From: Nitrospira sp.
GTDB taxonomy: Bacteria > Nitrospirota > Nitrospiria > Nitrospirales > Nitrospiraceae
NCBI GenBank assembly: GCA_024330965.1
Contig: JANDJL010000003.1
Coordinates: forward strand, 95,579 to 159,578
Direction of reading: 5' to 3'
Length of the DNA: 64,000 nt
The notes beneath the pieces were generated by a model that saw only the letters and a list, made by a program, of their open reading frames with translations, was not told the DNA's origin and searched no databases. Of the stretch, positions 27,348 to 40,880 are shown in pieces. The number at the start of each line of letters is the position of its first letter. Position 1 is the first letter of the stretch. The position numbers and the translations under genes were made by a program.

Positions 27348-28028
27348 ATGCGGCCTCAGCCGCTTGCGCGAATTGCCTCCGGATTGGCCGCCGCGGTTGC
27401 TCTCTGCGGCGTTCTCGCCCTTCAAAGTTGCCGATCTTCCCCTGCTCAGGTTGATCGCCCTCCGGGCTACCCGATCGGGTTTATCCAACGGGGTGTCGCC
27501 TCGTGGTACGGGCCTGGCTTTCATGGGAACAAGACCGCCAATGGTGAGCAGTACAACATGTATCAGCTGACCGCTGCCCATCGGACGTTGCCCTTGGGCT
27601 CCATCGCCGTCGTCCGTTCCTTGACGTCCGGCCGTCAGGTGACCGTGCGGATCAATGACCGAGGCCCTTTTGTGAAAGGACGGGTGTTGGATCTCTCTTT
27701 GGCCGGAGCAAAAGCCATCGGTATGACGGGAAAGGGGACCGATGAGGTCGAATTACGAGTCATCGGCTATGTTCCCAAGGCGGGAGGGATGGGAGTACTC
27801 AGGGTGCAAATTGGTTCTTTTGCCGATCCTCGCAATGCCAGAGCGCTTCTGGCTCAGGTTGGGCCGGAGTTTCCCGACGGGTTGATCAGAGAAGTTGATT
27901 TGCCGGAGGGGCCTCGCTACCGGGTCCAGGTCGGGCACTTTAGGACGGAATCTGAAGCTCAAGCCGCCTCTGCACGTCTCGACCGTAAGTTGAATGTCGA
28001 ATCGTTCGTCGTGCGAGACGATGGATAG
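27348..28028 (+). CDS. rlpA: septal-ring lytic transglycosylase RlpA (DPBB + SPOR)
   Basis: Contains the lipobox LALQSC, GVASWYGPGFHGNKTANGE...AAHRTLPLGS...VRINDRGPF and a C-terminal SPOR-like domain (RVQIGSFADPRNA...YRVQVGHF). Confidence 0.9.
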   Translation: MRPQPLARIASGLAAAVALCGVLALQSCRSSPAQVDRPPGYPIGFIQRGVASWYGPGFHGNKTANGEQYNMYQLTAAHRTLPLGSIAVVRSLTSGRQVTVRINDRGPFVKGRVLDLSLAGAKAIGMTGKGTDEVELRVIGYVPKAGGMGVLRVQIGSFADPRNARALLAQVGPEFPDGLIREVDLPEGPRYRVQVGHFRTESEAQAASARLDRKLNVESFVVRDDG

Positions 28029-28287
28029 AAGGAAAGACACAGTCAAATGGCGGCCGTTTGGGCCAGAGTGCCATGACACAATCGCTCGTAAGTACTTGAT
28101 TTAATTCGATATTTTTATGAATTGCTTGCCTCCACCTCTCCCCTATGGTAGATGTATCGGTGTCGGAGAACATTGGAAATCTGTAGGAGACTCCTCAAAA
28201 TGGTGATACAACTCGCTCATCGTGACAACGCACGCCTGACTGTCCGACTGTCCGCTTCGATAGAACATCCTTAAGCAACGACCACAA

Positions 28288-31694
<3,407 letters not shown>

Positions 31695-31837
31695 TCAAAC
31701 CGCTGGGTCTCGACTCGCTTTGACTTTCACGATGTCGGTCACTATTCTAGTCCTTTCTCCGGGAGGCTGCCCAAGATTGGCCGAGGGGGCGGTTGTATCG
31801 AGTCCCGAGGGGCGAGGGTCGTCAGAAGGGGGAAGTT

Positions 31838-32518
31838 ATGGAGAAAGCTGTGGCGACGGTCAATCGGAAAGCAGGGAAGGCACAGAAAGCGGGCAAGGCG
31901 CTGCGACATTCGCTGACCGGCCTACTGGCTGTGTGCGGCCTGCTGCTTGGCGGCTGTGTTGTACTGGAAGAAAAATACGAGGCGGAAAAGGCGAGGAGCT
32001 TGAACTTTCAGAGGTTACTGGCCCAAGAAGAGCGGCGGGCCTCAGAACTAGAGAGTGAGGTCAAACGGACCAAACGGGAATTGATGGAATTCGAGGCCCG
32101 CAATCGCGAATTGCTTGCGCAAATCCAGGCGATCCGTGAACAAATGACGCGCCTTCAGGAAGAAGCGGAATCCGTGAAGGAAGCGGCGCTCCTTGAGCGG
32201 AAGGCCATGGAGGAGATGCGCAAGCTCGGTGGCCAAGCCGCGACCAAGGCCAAGAAAGTAGAACCCCAGGCCGACATGCCACGTGCAGAGGACAGAGCGC
32301 AAAAGAATCCACCAAAGGCAACGAAGAGCGTGGAAGTATCTCCGCATCCTCCCGTGGCGGCCAAACCGGGCACCATCATCCATATCGTCAAACCAGGGGA
32401 GACGTTGTTTCGCATTAGTCGCCGCTACGGAGTCGAGGCAGAGAAATTAAAAGAACTCAACAAGCTGACCGACGATATCATCGAAGTGGGCCAACAGTTG
32501 GTGATCGCGATCGAGTAA
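31838..32518 (+). CDS. membrane-anchored coiled-coil LysM protein
   Basis: The ATG at 31838 follows GAAGGGGGA. It has a TM segment (LLAVCGLLLGGCVVL), a coiled coil and a C-terminal LysM domain (HIVKPGETLFRISRRYGV...LNKL). Confidence 0.8.
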   Translation: MEKAVATVNRKAGKAQKAGKALRHSLTGLLAVCGLLLGGCVVLEEKYEAEKARSLNFQRLLAQEERRASELESEVKRTKRELMEFEARNRELLAQIQAIREQMTRLQEEAESVKEAALLERKAMEEMRKLGGQAATKAKKVEPQADMPRAEDRAQKNPPKATKSVEVSPHPPVAAKPGTIIHIVKPGETLFRISRRYGVEAEKLKELNKLTDDIIEVGQQLVIAIE

Positions 32519-32530
32519 TGGACCAAAGAG

Positions 32531-34027
32531 ATGGGATCGCCACGCTATTCGCTCAGCTTCGAAGAATTTCGCTCCTACACCAAGGAGGGGAACCTCATTC
32601 CCTTGTATCGGGAGATTTTGGCGGATCATGACACGCCAGTGTCTGCCTTTGCCAAGATCGACCATGGTCCGTCGGCTTATTTGCTGGAAAGCATTCAAGG
32701 GGGAGAGAAGTGGGCTCGGTATTCCTTCCTGGGCAGCGGTGCAGGCACTGTGCTTGTCGAAGATCGGGGAGATCTTCTCGTCAAAGAGGGCAGACGCACC
32801 AAACGGATTTCCGGCCGCGGCGCTCCCTTCGATCGATTGCAAGAATTCATGGAGGCCTATCGGCCTGTCGTGGTTTCCGGCCTGCCTCGCTTCGCCGGTG
32901 GTATCGTCGGCTACATTGGCTACGATACGGTGAAGACGTTCGAGGTGCTTCCGTCCCGGCCGAAGGAGCGCTTTGACGTGCCGGATTTTGCGCTGTTGGT
33001 GACCGAAACGTTGCTCATTTTCGATAACGTCTCGCAGAAGATCAAAGTTGTCGCCAATGCGCATGTCAAGAGTTCGTCTGATCGCGACGTCCGTTCCGCG
33101 TATCGGACCGCGATCGGCAGCATCGAAAAGATGATCGCCCGCTTGCGCCGGCCTCTTCGTCCATCGCCGCCGACCCGCCGTCGCTCTCCCCTTCGCTTTA
33201 CCCCCAACATGAGCAAGGCGGACTTCGAAAAGATGGTTGAGACGGCGAAGGAGTACATCAAGGCCGGCGACATTTTTCAGTGTGTGTTGTCTCAACGATG
33301 GGAAACCACTCTCCACGCGCCGCCGTTCGAACTCTATCGAGCGCTGCGAGTCGTCAATCCCTCGCCCTACATGTATTATCTGCGTGTTGCCGGGGTTGAG
33401 CTGATCGGGTCCTCTCCGGAGATTTTAGTCCGTTGCGAAGATGGTCTTCTTTCGGTACGTCCGATCGCGGGAACCAGACGTCGAGGGGCGACGCCGGAGG
33501 AGGATGCTCAACTGGAGCGCCGTCTCCTGGCCGACGCCAAGGAGCGGGCGGAGCACATCATGCTCGTCGATCTGGGGCGGAACGACGTGGGACGGGTGGC
33601 CGAACCGGGCTCCGTGCACGTGGAGTCGCTGATGACGGTCGAACGATACTCGCACGTCATGCACATCGTTTCAAATGTGACGGGTCGCTTGGCTCGATCG
33701 AAAACCGTCTATGACGTCCTGAAGGCCTGTTTTCCGGCGGGGACTGTCTCCGGCGCGCCGAAAATCAGGGCCATGGAAATTATCGAGGAACTGGAGCCGA
33801 CGAAACGGGGCCCCTATGCGGGGGCTGTGGGCTACATCAGTTTTTCGGGCAATATGGACATGTGCATCAACATTCGGACGGTGGTGGTGTTCCGCCGTCG
33901 AGCGTTCATTCAGGCCGGGGCCGGCATCGTCGCCGATTCGAGCCCCGAACATGAGTATGAAGAGACCTGTAATAAAGCCAGAGCCATGATGCAGGCCATC
34001 GAATTGGCCGAACAGGGGTTAGAATAG
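32531..34027 (+). CDS. trpE: anthranilate synthase component I
   Basis: 498-aa ORF containing LLESIQGGEKWARYSF, GAPKIRAMEIIEELE and GAVGYISFSGNMDMCI. Confidence 0.97.
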   Translation: MGSPRYSLSFEEFRSYTKEGNLIPLYREILADHDTPVSAFAKIDHGPSAYLLESIQGGEKWARYSFLGSGAGTVLVEDRGDLLVKEGRRTKRISGRGAPFDRLQEFMEAYRPVVVSGLPRFAGGIVGYIGYDTVKTFEVLPSRPKERFDVPDFALLVTETLLIFDNVSQKIKVVANAHVKSSSDRDVRSAYRTAIGSIEKMIARLRRPLRPSPPTRRRSPLRFTPNMSKADFEKMVETAKEYIKAGDIFQCVLSQRWETTLHAPPFELYRALRVVNPSPYMYYLRVAGVELIGSSPEILVRCEDGLLSVRPIAGTRRRGATPEEDAQLERRLLADAKERAEHIMLVDLGRNDVGRVAEPGSVHVESLMTVERYSHVMHIVSNVTGRLARSKTVYDVLKACFPAGTVSGAPKIRAMEIIEELEPTKRGPYAGAVGYISFSGNMDMCINIRTVVVFRRRAFIQAGAGIVADSSPEHEYEETCNKARAMMQAIELAEQGLE

Positions 34028-34160
34028 GAGCTGCAAGCGAACGAACGAGGCGGTATCTGGCCCTGTGGTGTATGACAGCGGGTGGAGGACGGTGGTTGGT
34101 CACACACGAGGCTTCCACGTGGTCTTTTTCTAATCAGCCGGTGAGTGGTTTTTTGGCGTT

Positions 34161-34724
<564 letters not shown>

Positions 34725-34746
34725 CCGTTCCTGCCGATTCATCGTC

Positions 34747-35769
34747 ATGATCAGAGACGCCATCGCCAAACTGGCCGACCGCAATAATCTGTCTGCGCTG
34801 GAAGCCGAAACGGTCATGGCCGAAATTATGGACGGGGCGGCGACGCCTGCGCAGATTGCGGCCTATCTCATGGGGCTCAGGCAAAAGGGAGAAACGGTCG
34901 AGGAAATCGTCGGGTCGGTCAAAGCCATGCGTTCGCGCTCCGTTCGGATCAGAGTCGGCGCCAAGATCGTTGTCGATACCTGCGGGACGGGGGGAGATGG
35001 GGCGCACACCTTTAATATTTCAACCGCTGCCGCGCTGGTGGCTGCAGGAGCGGGCGTCACCGTGGCCAAGCACGGGAACCGGTCGGTGTCGTCTCGATGT
35101 GGGAGCGCCGATGTGTTGGCCGAGCTGGGGGTCAAGATTGATGTGGAACCGGATCGTGTGGCTGAGTGCATCGATGAGGTGGGAGTGGGCTTTCTGTTCG
35201 CGCCGCTCTATCACGATGCCATGAAACATTGCGCTGGGCCGAGACGTGACTTGGGTATCAGGACGATCTTGAATCTGCTAGGGCCCTTGGCGAATCCGGC
35301 AGGTGCGACCCATCAGGTGGTGGGTGTCTATGATGCTAAGTGGACCGATGTCCTTGGGCGTGTCTTGCTGGACCTTGGCACCCAACATTGCCTGGTTATC
35401 CATGGAATGGATGGGTTGGACGAGATTACGTTGGCGGATCGCACCAAAGTGTCCGAAGGCAAAGCCGGAGTGGTGTCGAGCAGCTTTATTGCTCCGGAAG
35501 AGTTCGGCCTGCGGCGCGTACAGCGAAAGGAGTTCGCTGGAGGATCGCCGGCCGACAATGCCCGTATCTTGAGGGACATTTTTGCTGGCCGCAAGGGGCC
35601 GCCTCGGGACATCGTATGTCTGAATGCTGCGGCGGCCCTGGTAGTCGGGGGCAAGGCGAAGACATTGCCAGATGGTTTTCGACTGGCCCAACAGACCATC
35701 GACTCGGGGGCTGCCGCCGACCGACTGGACCGACTCATCGCCTATACGAACAAATCACGGCGGATATGA
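34747..35769 (+). CDS. trpD: anthranilate phosphoribosyltransferase
   Basis: Contains DTCGTGGDGAHTFNIST and KHGNRSVSSRCGSADVLE. Confidence 0.96.
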   Translation: MIRDAIAKLADRNNLSALEAETVMAEIMDGAATPAQIAAYLMGLRQKGETVEEIVGSVKAMRSRSVRIRVGAKIVVDTCGTGGDGAHTFNISTAAALVAAGAGVTVAKHGNRSVSSRCGSADVLAELGVKIDVEPDRVAECIDEVGVGFLFAPLYHDAMKHCAGPRRDLGIRTILNLLGPLANPAGATHQVVGVYDAKWTDVLGRVLLDLGTQHCLVIHGMDGLDEITLADRTKVSEGKAGVVSSSFIAPEEFGLRRVQRKEFAGGSPADNARILRDIFAGRKGPPRDIVCLNAAAALVVGGKAKTLPDGFRLAQQTIDSGAAADRLDRLIAYTNKSRRI

Positions 35770-36593
35770 TACTTGATCGCATCCTGGAGCACAAGAAAGC
35801 GGAACTGCGACATAAACAAAGCCGGTCGTATTTGGCCACCCTCAAGGCCATGATCCGGGATGCACCGGCTCCACTGGGGTTTGCCGTGGCGCTTGATGCG
35901 ATGAGGACCCCACAAGCTCCGGCATTGATCGCCGAAGTCAAGAAGGCATCGCCAAGCCTGGGGTTGTTACGCGAGGAATTTGCCGAGCGGTTCGATCATG
36001 TGGGCATCGCGAAGGCCTACTGCGACCATGGTGCCTCGGCGGTCTCGGTGTTGACGGACAGAGATTTCTTTCAAGGCGATCTCTGCTATCTAAAAGACAT
36101 CAAACAGGCCGTGCCCCTTCCCGTGCTCGACAAGGAATTCATGATTGGCGACATTCAGTTCTACGAGGCACGGGCCTACGGAGCCGACGCCGTGCTTTTG
36201 ATCGTCGCGGCGCTGGAGCGCCGTCAATTGATCGACTTTCATGCCCTGGCCTCCGAACTGGCCCTGGACACGTTGTTCGAGACCCACCACGAACGGGAGC
36301 TGGACCTGGTGCTGGAATGGATTCCGGATGCCAGATTGATCGGCATCAACAACCGCGACCTCAAGACCTTCACGACTGATCTGGAAGTGACCTTCCGGTT
36401 GGCCAAGCGGATCCCGGCCGACAAACTTATTGTGAGTGAAAGCGGGATCCACTCCCGCCGCGATGTGCTGCGGTTGGTCGAAGCCGGTGTGCATGCCATG
36501 CTGGTCGGCGAGTCGCTGATCCGAGCGGAACGGACCGGTGAGAAGGTGCGAGAACTGCTCGGAATCGGGGCCAGTGGAGTGACGAGGCAATAG
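35766..36593 (+). CDS. trpC: indole-3-glycerol-phosphate synthase
   Basis: The ATG at 35766 overlaps the trpD stop (ATGA). Contains MILDRILEHKKAE, LIAEVKKASPS and IGINNRDLKTF. The longer track ORF from 35340 overlaps trpD in another frame. Confidence 0.95.
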   Translation: MILDRILEHKKAELRHKQSRSYLATLKAMIRDAPAPLGFAVALDAMRTPQAPALIAEVKKASPSLGLLREEFAERFDHVGIAKAYCDHGASAVSVLTDRDFFQGDLCYLKDIKQAVPLPVLDKEFMIGDIQFYEARAYGADAVLLIVAALERRQLIDFHALASELALDTLFETHHERELDLVLEWIPDARLIGINNRDLKTFTTDLEVTFRLAKRIPADKLIVSESGIHSRRDVLRLVEAGVHAMLVGESLIRAERTGEKVRELLGIGASGVTRQ

Positions 36594-36608
36594 GGATGGG
36601 AGCCACGG

Positions 36609-37235
36609 ATGGTCAAGGTGAAAATCTGCGGGATCACCGACAGTGAAGATGCACAGGTGGCGGTGGAGGCCGGCGCCGATGCCTTGGGTTTCGTGATGTA
36701 TCAAAAAAGCCCCCGGTACGTGAGACCGGACACAGCGCGGGCTATAGTCGCGACCCTTCCGCCATTCGTCGTGCCGATCGGCGTGTTTGTCAATGAGGAA
36801 CCGGACCTGGTCAGGCATCTGATGGACAAATGTGGATTTGCCTTGGTCCAACTGCATGGAGACGAGAGTGCTTCCTACTGCGAAACGCTCGGTCGGCCGG
36901 TCATCAAAGCGGTTCGCTTGAAGGACCGAAGCTCGTTGCCGGTGGTGGCGGAATACTACGGGCGTGCGGGGGTGCGCGGGTTTGTGATCGACGCATTTTC
37001 CGAGCAGGCCTACGGCGGAACCGGTCAGACCGTTGATTGGATCCTGGCGGCGGAGATTGCTCGAACGGTGCCGGTCGTGCTGGCTGGAGGATTGAGGCCC
37101 GACAATGTGGCTGATGCCGTTCGATCGGTGCGCCCTTACGGAGTTGACGTGAGCAGCGGCGTGGAAGCACGGCCGGGGAAGAAGGATCCGGCGAAAGTCA
37201 AATCGTTCGTTCAAGCGGTGAAACTTGTGCCGTAA
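36609..37235 (+). CDS. trpF: phosphoribosylanthranilate isomerase
   Basis: Contains VKICGIT, ADALGFV, VQLHGDES and LAGGL. Confidence 0.93.
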   Translation: MVKVKICGITDSEDAQVAVEAGADALGFVMYQKSPRYVRPDTARAIVATLPPFVVPIGVFVNEEPDLVRHLMDKCGFALVQLHGDESASYCETLGRPVIKAVRLKDRSSLPVVAEYYGRAGVRGFVIDAFSEQAYGGTGQTVDWILAAEIARTVPVVLAGGLRPDNVADAVRSVRPYGVDVSSGVEARPGKKDPAKVKSFVQAVKLVP

Positions 37236-37302
37236 CGTTCAGAAGTTCTATACTGCGCCGCGATCCGCGCCGCCGTCGGCGCATCCTGCGGGAGACTAGA
37301 GC

Positions 37303-38511
37303 ATGAAGAAGTCGATGACCGCCCCCTTGCCTGACCGTCGCGGCCGGTTTGGGCCCTACGGAGGACGCTACGTGCCTGAAACCCTGATGCCGGCGTTGCT
37401 CGAACTGGAGGCCCAGTACGCGAAGGCCCAAAAAGACCGCCGATTTCAGAACGAACTTGCCTATTATCTCAAACACTACGTCGGGCGTCCCACGAGCCTC
37501 TACCGTGCCGACCGATTGAGCGCCAAATTAGGCGGGGCCAGGATTTATCTCAAACGGGAGGACCTTTGCCACACGGGGGCCCATAAGATCAACAATGCGA
37601 TCGGTCAGGTGCTGTTGGCCAGGCGGATGAAGAAGTCGCGGATTATTGCCGAGACCGGTGCGGGGCAACACGGGGTGGCGACCGCCACGGCGGCCGCGAT
37701 GTTCGGGCTCCAGTGCGAGATTTACATGGGCACGGAGGATATGCAGCGGCAGGCGCTCAACGTCTTCCGGATGAGGCTGCTGGGAGCCACTGTGACCGGC
37801 GTGGACACAGGCAGCCGCACCTTGAAAGACGCCATCAGCGAGGCCATGCGCGATTGGACGACGAATGTACGCACGACGCACTATGTGCTCGGTTCGGTGC
37901 TCGGCGCCCATCCCTATCCCATGATGATCCGGGATTTTCAGTCCGTGATCGGCCGCGAGGCGCGCAAACAGATTAGGGCGGCGGAAGGCAAAATGCCGGA
38001 TTACCTCGTGGCCTGTGTGGGGGGAGGGAGCAACTCCATCGGTCTTTTCTATCCCTTTTTAGGAGACAAGAAGGTCAAGATGGTTGGCGTGGAAGCGGGG
38101 GGGGCCGGCATTGTGAGCGGCAAGCATGCGGCGCGCTTCGCAGGCGGAAAACCGGGGGTGTTGCAGGGCACGATGACCTATCTGCTCCAGGACGACGATG
38201 GACAGATCAACCTGACCCACTCCGTCTCCGCCGGGTTGGACTATGCCGCCGTCGGGCCCGAACACAGTTTCTATCACGATCAAGGGCGGATCGAGTACGT
38301 CTATGCGACGGATGAAGAAGCGCTGGAGGCGTTTGACTTACTTGCGCGAGAAGAAGGCATCATGCCGGCTCTGGAAAGCGCCCATGCCGTGGCGCACGTT
38401 GTCAAACTCGCGCCGAAGATGAAAAAGTCGGAAATTATCCTTGTGAACCTCTCGGGACGCGGCGATAAGGATGTGCACCAGATCGCGCGCATGCGCGGCG
38501 TGGCGCTGTAA
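37303..38511 (+). CDS. trpB: tryptophan synthase beta chain
   Basis: Contains [24 protein letters not shown] (PLP Lys) and GGGSNSIG. Confidence 0.98.
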   Translation: MKKSMTAPLPDRRGRFGPYGGRYVPETLMPALLELEAQYAKAQKDRRFQNELAYYLKHYVGRPTSLYRADRLSAKLGGARIYLKREDLCHTGAHKINNAIGQVLLARRMKKSRIIAETGAGQHGVATATAAAMFGLQCEIYMGTEDMQRQALNVFRMRLLGATVTGVDTGSRTLKDAISEAMRDWTTNVRTTHYVLGSVLGAHPYPMMIRDFQSVIGREARKQIRAAEGKMPDYLVACVGGGSNSIGLFYPFLGDKKVKMVGVEAGGAGIVSGKHAARFAGGKPGVLQGTMTYLLQDDDGQINLTHSVSAGLDYAAVGPEHSFYHDQGRIEYVYATDEEALEAFDLLAREEGIMPALESAHAVAHVVKLAPKMKKSEIILVNLSGRGDKDVHQIARMRGVAL

Positions 38512-38537
38512 GTTGCCGCCATTCGTGGAGGAGACGG

Positions 38538-39452
38538 ATGAAACGTCAGATGGGAAGGCTGTCATATGGAACCGGTCACGCCGGCAAGGGCGCCTCGGCT
38601 GTCGCCAGTCAGTCGCCACTGGCGCCGAACAGGCTCGATGCCACATTTGAGCGGCTGAAAGCCAATGGCGAGAAAGCCTTGATCGTGTACCTCATGGCAG
38701 GCGATCCCAGCCTCGAAGACACGAAGCGACTGGTTTTGGCGCTGGAGGAAGCTGGGGCTGACATCATCGAATTGGGCGTGCCGTTTTCAGATCCGATCGC
38801 CGATGGGCCGGTGATTCAGCGGGCAGCGCAGCGGGCGCTCGCCAACGGCGTATCATTGCGCTCGATTTTAGCAACGGTGAAGTTGCTTCGCTTGCGCACG
38901 AAGATCCCCCTCGTCCTCATGCTGTATTACAACTCCATTTGTGCCATGGGATATGAGTCCTTCTGCCAAGCGGCGAAAGACGCGGGCGTCGATGGAGTGA
39001 TTGTGCCGGACATGCCGCCGGATGAAGCTGGGCCGCTCAAGGGACCGGCGAAAGCGGCCGGACTCAGGCTGATTTTCCTGTTGGCTCCGACCAGCACGGC
39101 CGGCCGTCGAACGTTCGTCGCGCGGCAGTCGCACGGATTCGTCTACTATGTCTCGCTCACGGGAATTACCGGCTCGAAACTGACCGACATCGCCGACGTT
39201 GGCGAGAATGTGAAAAAAATCAGGAGGGTGGCCGACGCACCGATCGCGGTGGGATTCGGTGTGGCGACGCCGGAGGATGCCGCCAGGGTATCGCGTTATG
39301 CCGATGGGGTGATTGTCGGATCGGCGGTGGTCCGGCGGATCGAGGCGTGCCGACAGGATCCCCGTATGGTAGAAGAGGTGGCGGATTTTGTCCGGTCGCT
39401 CAAGACGGCCCTGATACAGAAGCAGCAGCCAGCGCCGGAGCAGCCTGCGTAA
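38538..39452 (+). CDS. trpA: tryptophan synthase alpha chain (about 30-aa N-terminal extension if the ATG at 38538 is used)
   Basis: A strong GGAGGAG SD precedes 38538. Contains YLMAGDP, IELGVPFSDPIADGPVIQ and YYVSLTGITG. Confidence 0.93.
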   Translation: MKRQMGRLSYGTGHAGKGASAVASQSPLAPNRLDATFERLKANGEKALIVYLMAGDPSLEDTKRLVLALEEAGADIIELGVPFSDPIADGPVIQRAAQRALANGVSLRSILATVKLLRLRTKIPLVLMLYYNSICAMGYESFCQAAKDAGVDGVIVPDMPPDEAGPLKGPAKAAGLRLIFLLAPTSTAGRRTFVARQSHGFVYYVSLTGITGSKLTDIADVGENVKKIRRVADAPIAVGFGVATPEDAARVSRYADGVIVGSAVVRRIEACRQDPRMVEEVADFVRSLKTALIQKQQPAPEQPA

Positions 39453-39818
39453 GCGGGCTCGTGTGAGAGACGAGGGAGCCGGAGCGTTTTGTCCACAGCC
39501 TGCATCGCGAGCCTGTATCGCCTAGCCAGCGTGCGTCTGTATTCTGGTTGTTTTACGTTCTGTCCGTGTTCTGTCCGATGGACAGGCACAGACAGTGAGC
39601 CAGCACGTCCTTAAAGAAGATGCCATCTTGTTTGGGAGGGTGAGTGGCCATCTGGGTACTGGTCGGTTGCGTGCAGGAAGGGAAATCTGCTTGTGCAGGT
39701 CGCACGCAGACAGGCGACCGAGCCTCAGAGGGGTAGTGAACGTTCATCTAATTATTTCAATGGGAGGGTCTCCTATTCTCTGCGGACAGAGGCCCTCTTC
39801 ATCTTTTTAGGAGAGGCG

Positions 39819-40543
39819 ATGACTATCAATCGGATACTCCGCTGTGTCTTGGGTGTCTTAGGGTTGTGCATGATGGGCTTTCCATTACAGGTATCAGCCG
39901 TCACGATTGATCTGGATGCCGTCAAAACCGGTCTTTATACGTCACAGATGGGACCTGGGCTACCCCAAGCTACACCACTGGAATCACGTTCGCCAACGGG
40001 CCGGAGGCACGAGGCCTCGTGGCTTTCGATGTGAGTGGCCTTCCGGACGGTCCAATCAGTTCCGCCACGCTCTCCCTGCAGAATCCCTATTCCGTCAACG
40101 AGGTGGGCGGAGATCTGGAGGTGCGGCTTTATGGGCTCCCCGGCATGAGCTGGTCCAACCATACCGGTAATACCTTGCTCAACCGATCCAATTTCAACTT
40201 CATCGGTAGCAGTCTCTCGTCGTTCTGGGGAACAGCCTCCGTGGCTCCGGTCTCATGGCCTGGCTCCACCGTCAGCTTCGATCTACCTGCCGATGCGCTT
40301 ACCGCTCTGCGTCAGGCGGCGGATGGTACTGGTCCCTATAGCGGAGACTTTTTTGCTTTTGGACTGAGGATCGTCAAGGCTGATGCCGAAGAACCGAAGC
40401 CCTTACAGTATGTATTCGGCGGCACTTCTGCTGGAGGAACCACGGTCCGGCTTACTGTTGACGTGGTGCCGATCCCGGCGGCGGTCTATCTGTTTGGCGC
40501 CGGGCTGGTGGGCCTCGCGGGCCTCGCCCGGCGGCGGAGCTAG
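39819..40543 (+). pseudogene. PEP-CTERM-anchored exported protein, interrupted by a frameshift near 39938-39950
   Basis: An AGGAGAGG SD precedes the ATG at 39819. The signal peptide MTINRILRCVLGVLGLCMMGFPLQVSA is in frame 0. The body and the C-terminal PEP-CTERM motif (VVPIPAAVYLFGAGLVGLAGLARRRS) are in another frame, open from 39911. The two frames overlap at 39911-40034. Confidence 0.7.
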
Positions 40544-40622
40544 AGCGGCATGGAACTTCCACGCTTGAAGCACCGTTGCTCCAAGACAAGACAGGAAGGT
40601 CTCAAACATGAGCAGGCGATCG

Positions 40623-40718
40623 CCAGATCCTTGACGATGTCTTTGAGGTTCGGCCGGAAAAACATGTCGCTCTTCGACCGGTCGGAGATGAAAAAGGAAA
40701 AGGTACCGGGAGTCTTTT
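40623..40718. repeat. composite repeat copy A (Y' + X')
   Basis: 40623-40680 matches 42220-42277 with 4 mismatches in 58 nt by my count. 40674-40718 matches 42041-42079 (shared core AAGGTACCGGGAGTCTTTT plus TCGACCG). The order of the two parts is permuted relative to copy B. Confidence 0.85.
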
Positions 40719-40880
40719 CCGGACCCAGACCGCTACGAGCGGGAAGTACAGACCCTGGCCGATTTGACGGGTTGGGCTATCGGCGATATTCGCCAAGCTA
40801 CGAATATCGCCACCCTGCCGGACGGCGACGAGAAGACGTAGTATCAGCGATTGTGGAGCCGCTGAGCGGGACGGGAGCGG

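Noticed and set aside
32519-32530. A trp leader peptide or attenuator upstream of trpE.
   Set aside because: Only 12 nt separate the LysM gene stop from the trpE start. No Trp-codon mini-ORF or terminator/antiterminator structure is possible there.
35340-35765. The upstream 142 codons of the 417-aa track ORF that ends as TrpC.
   Set aside because: This part overlaps trpD in a different frame. TrpC similarity begins at MILDRILEHKK (ATG at 35766), which overlaps the trpD stop in an ATGA junction.
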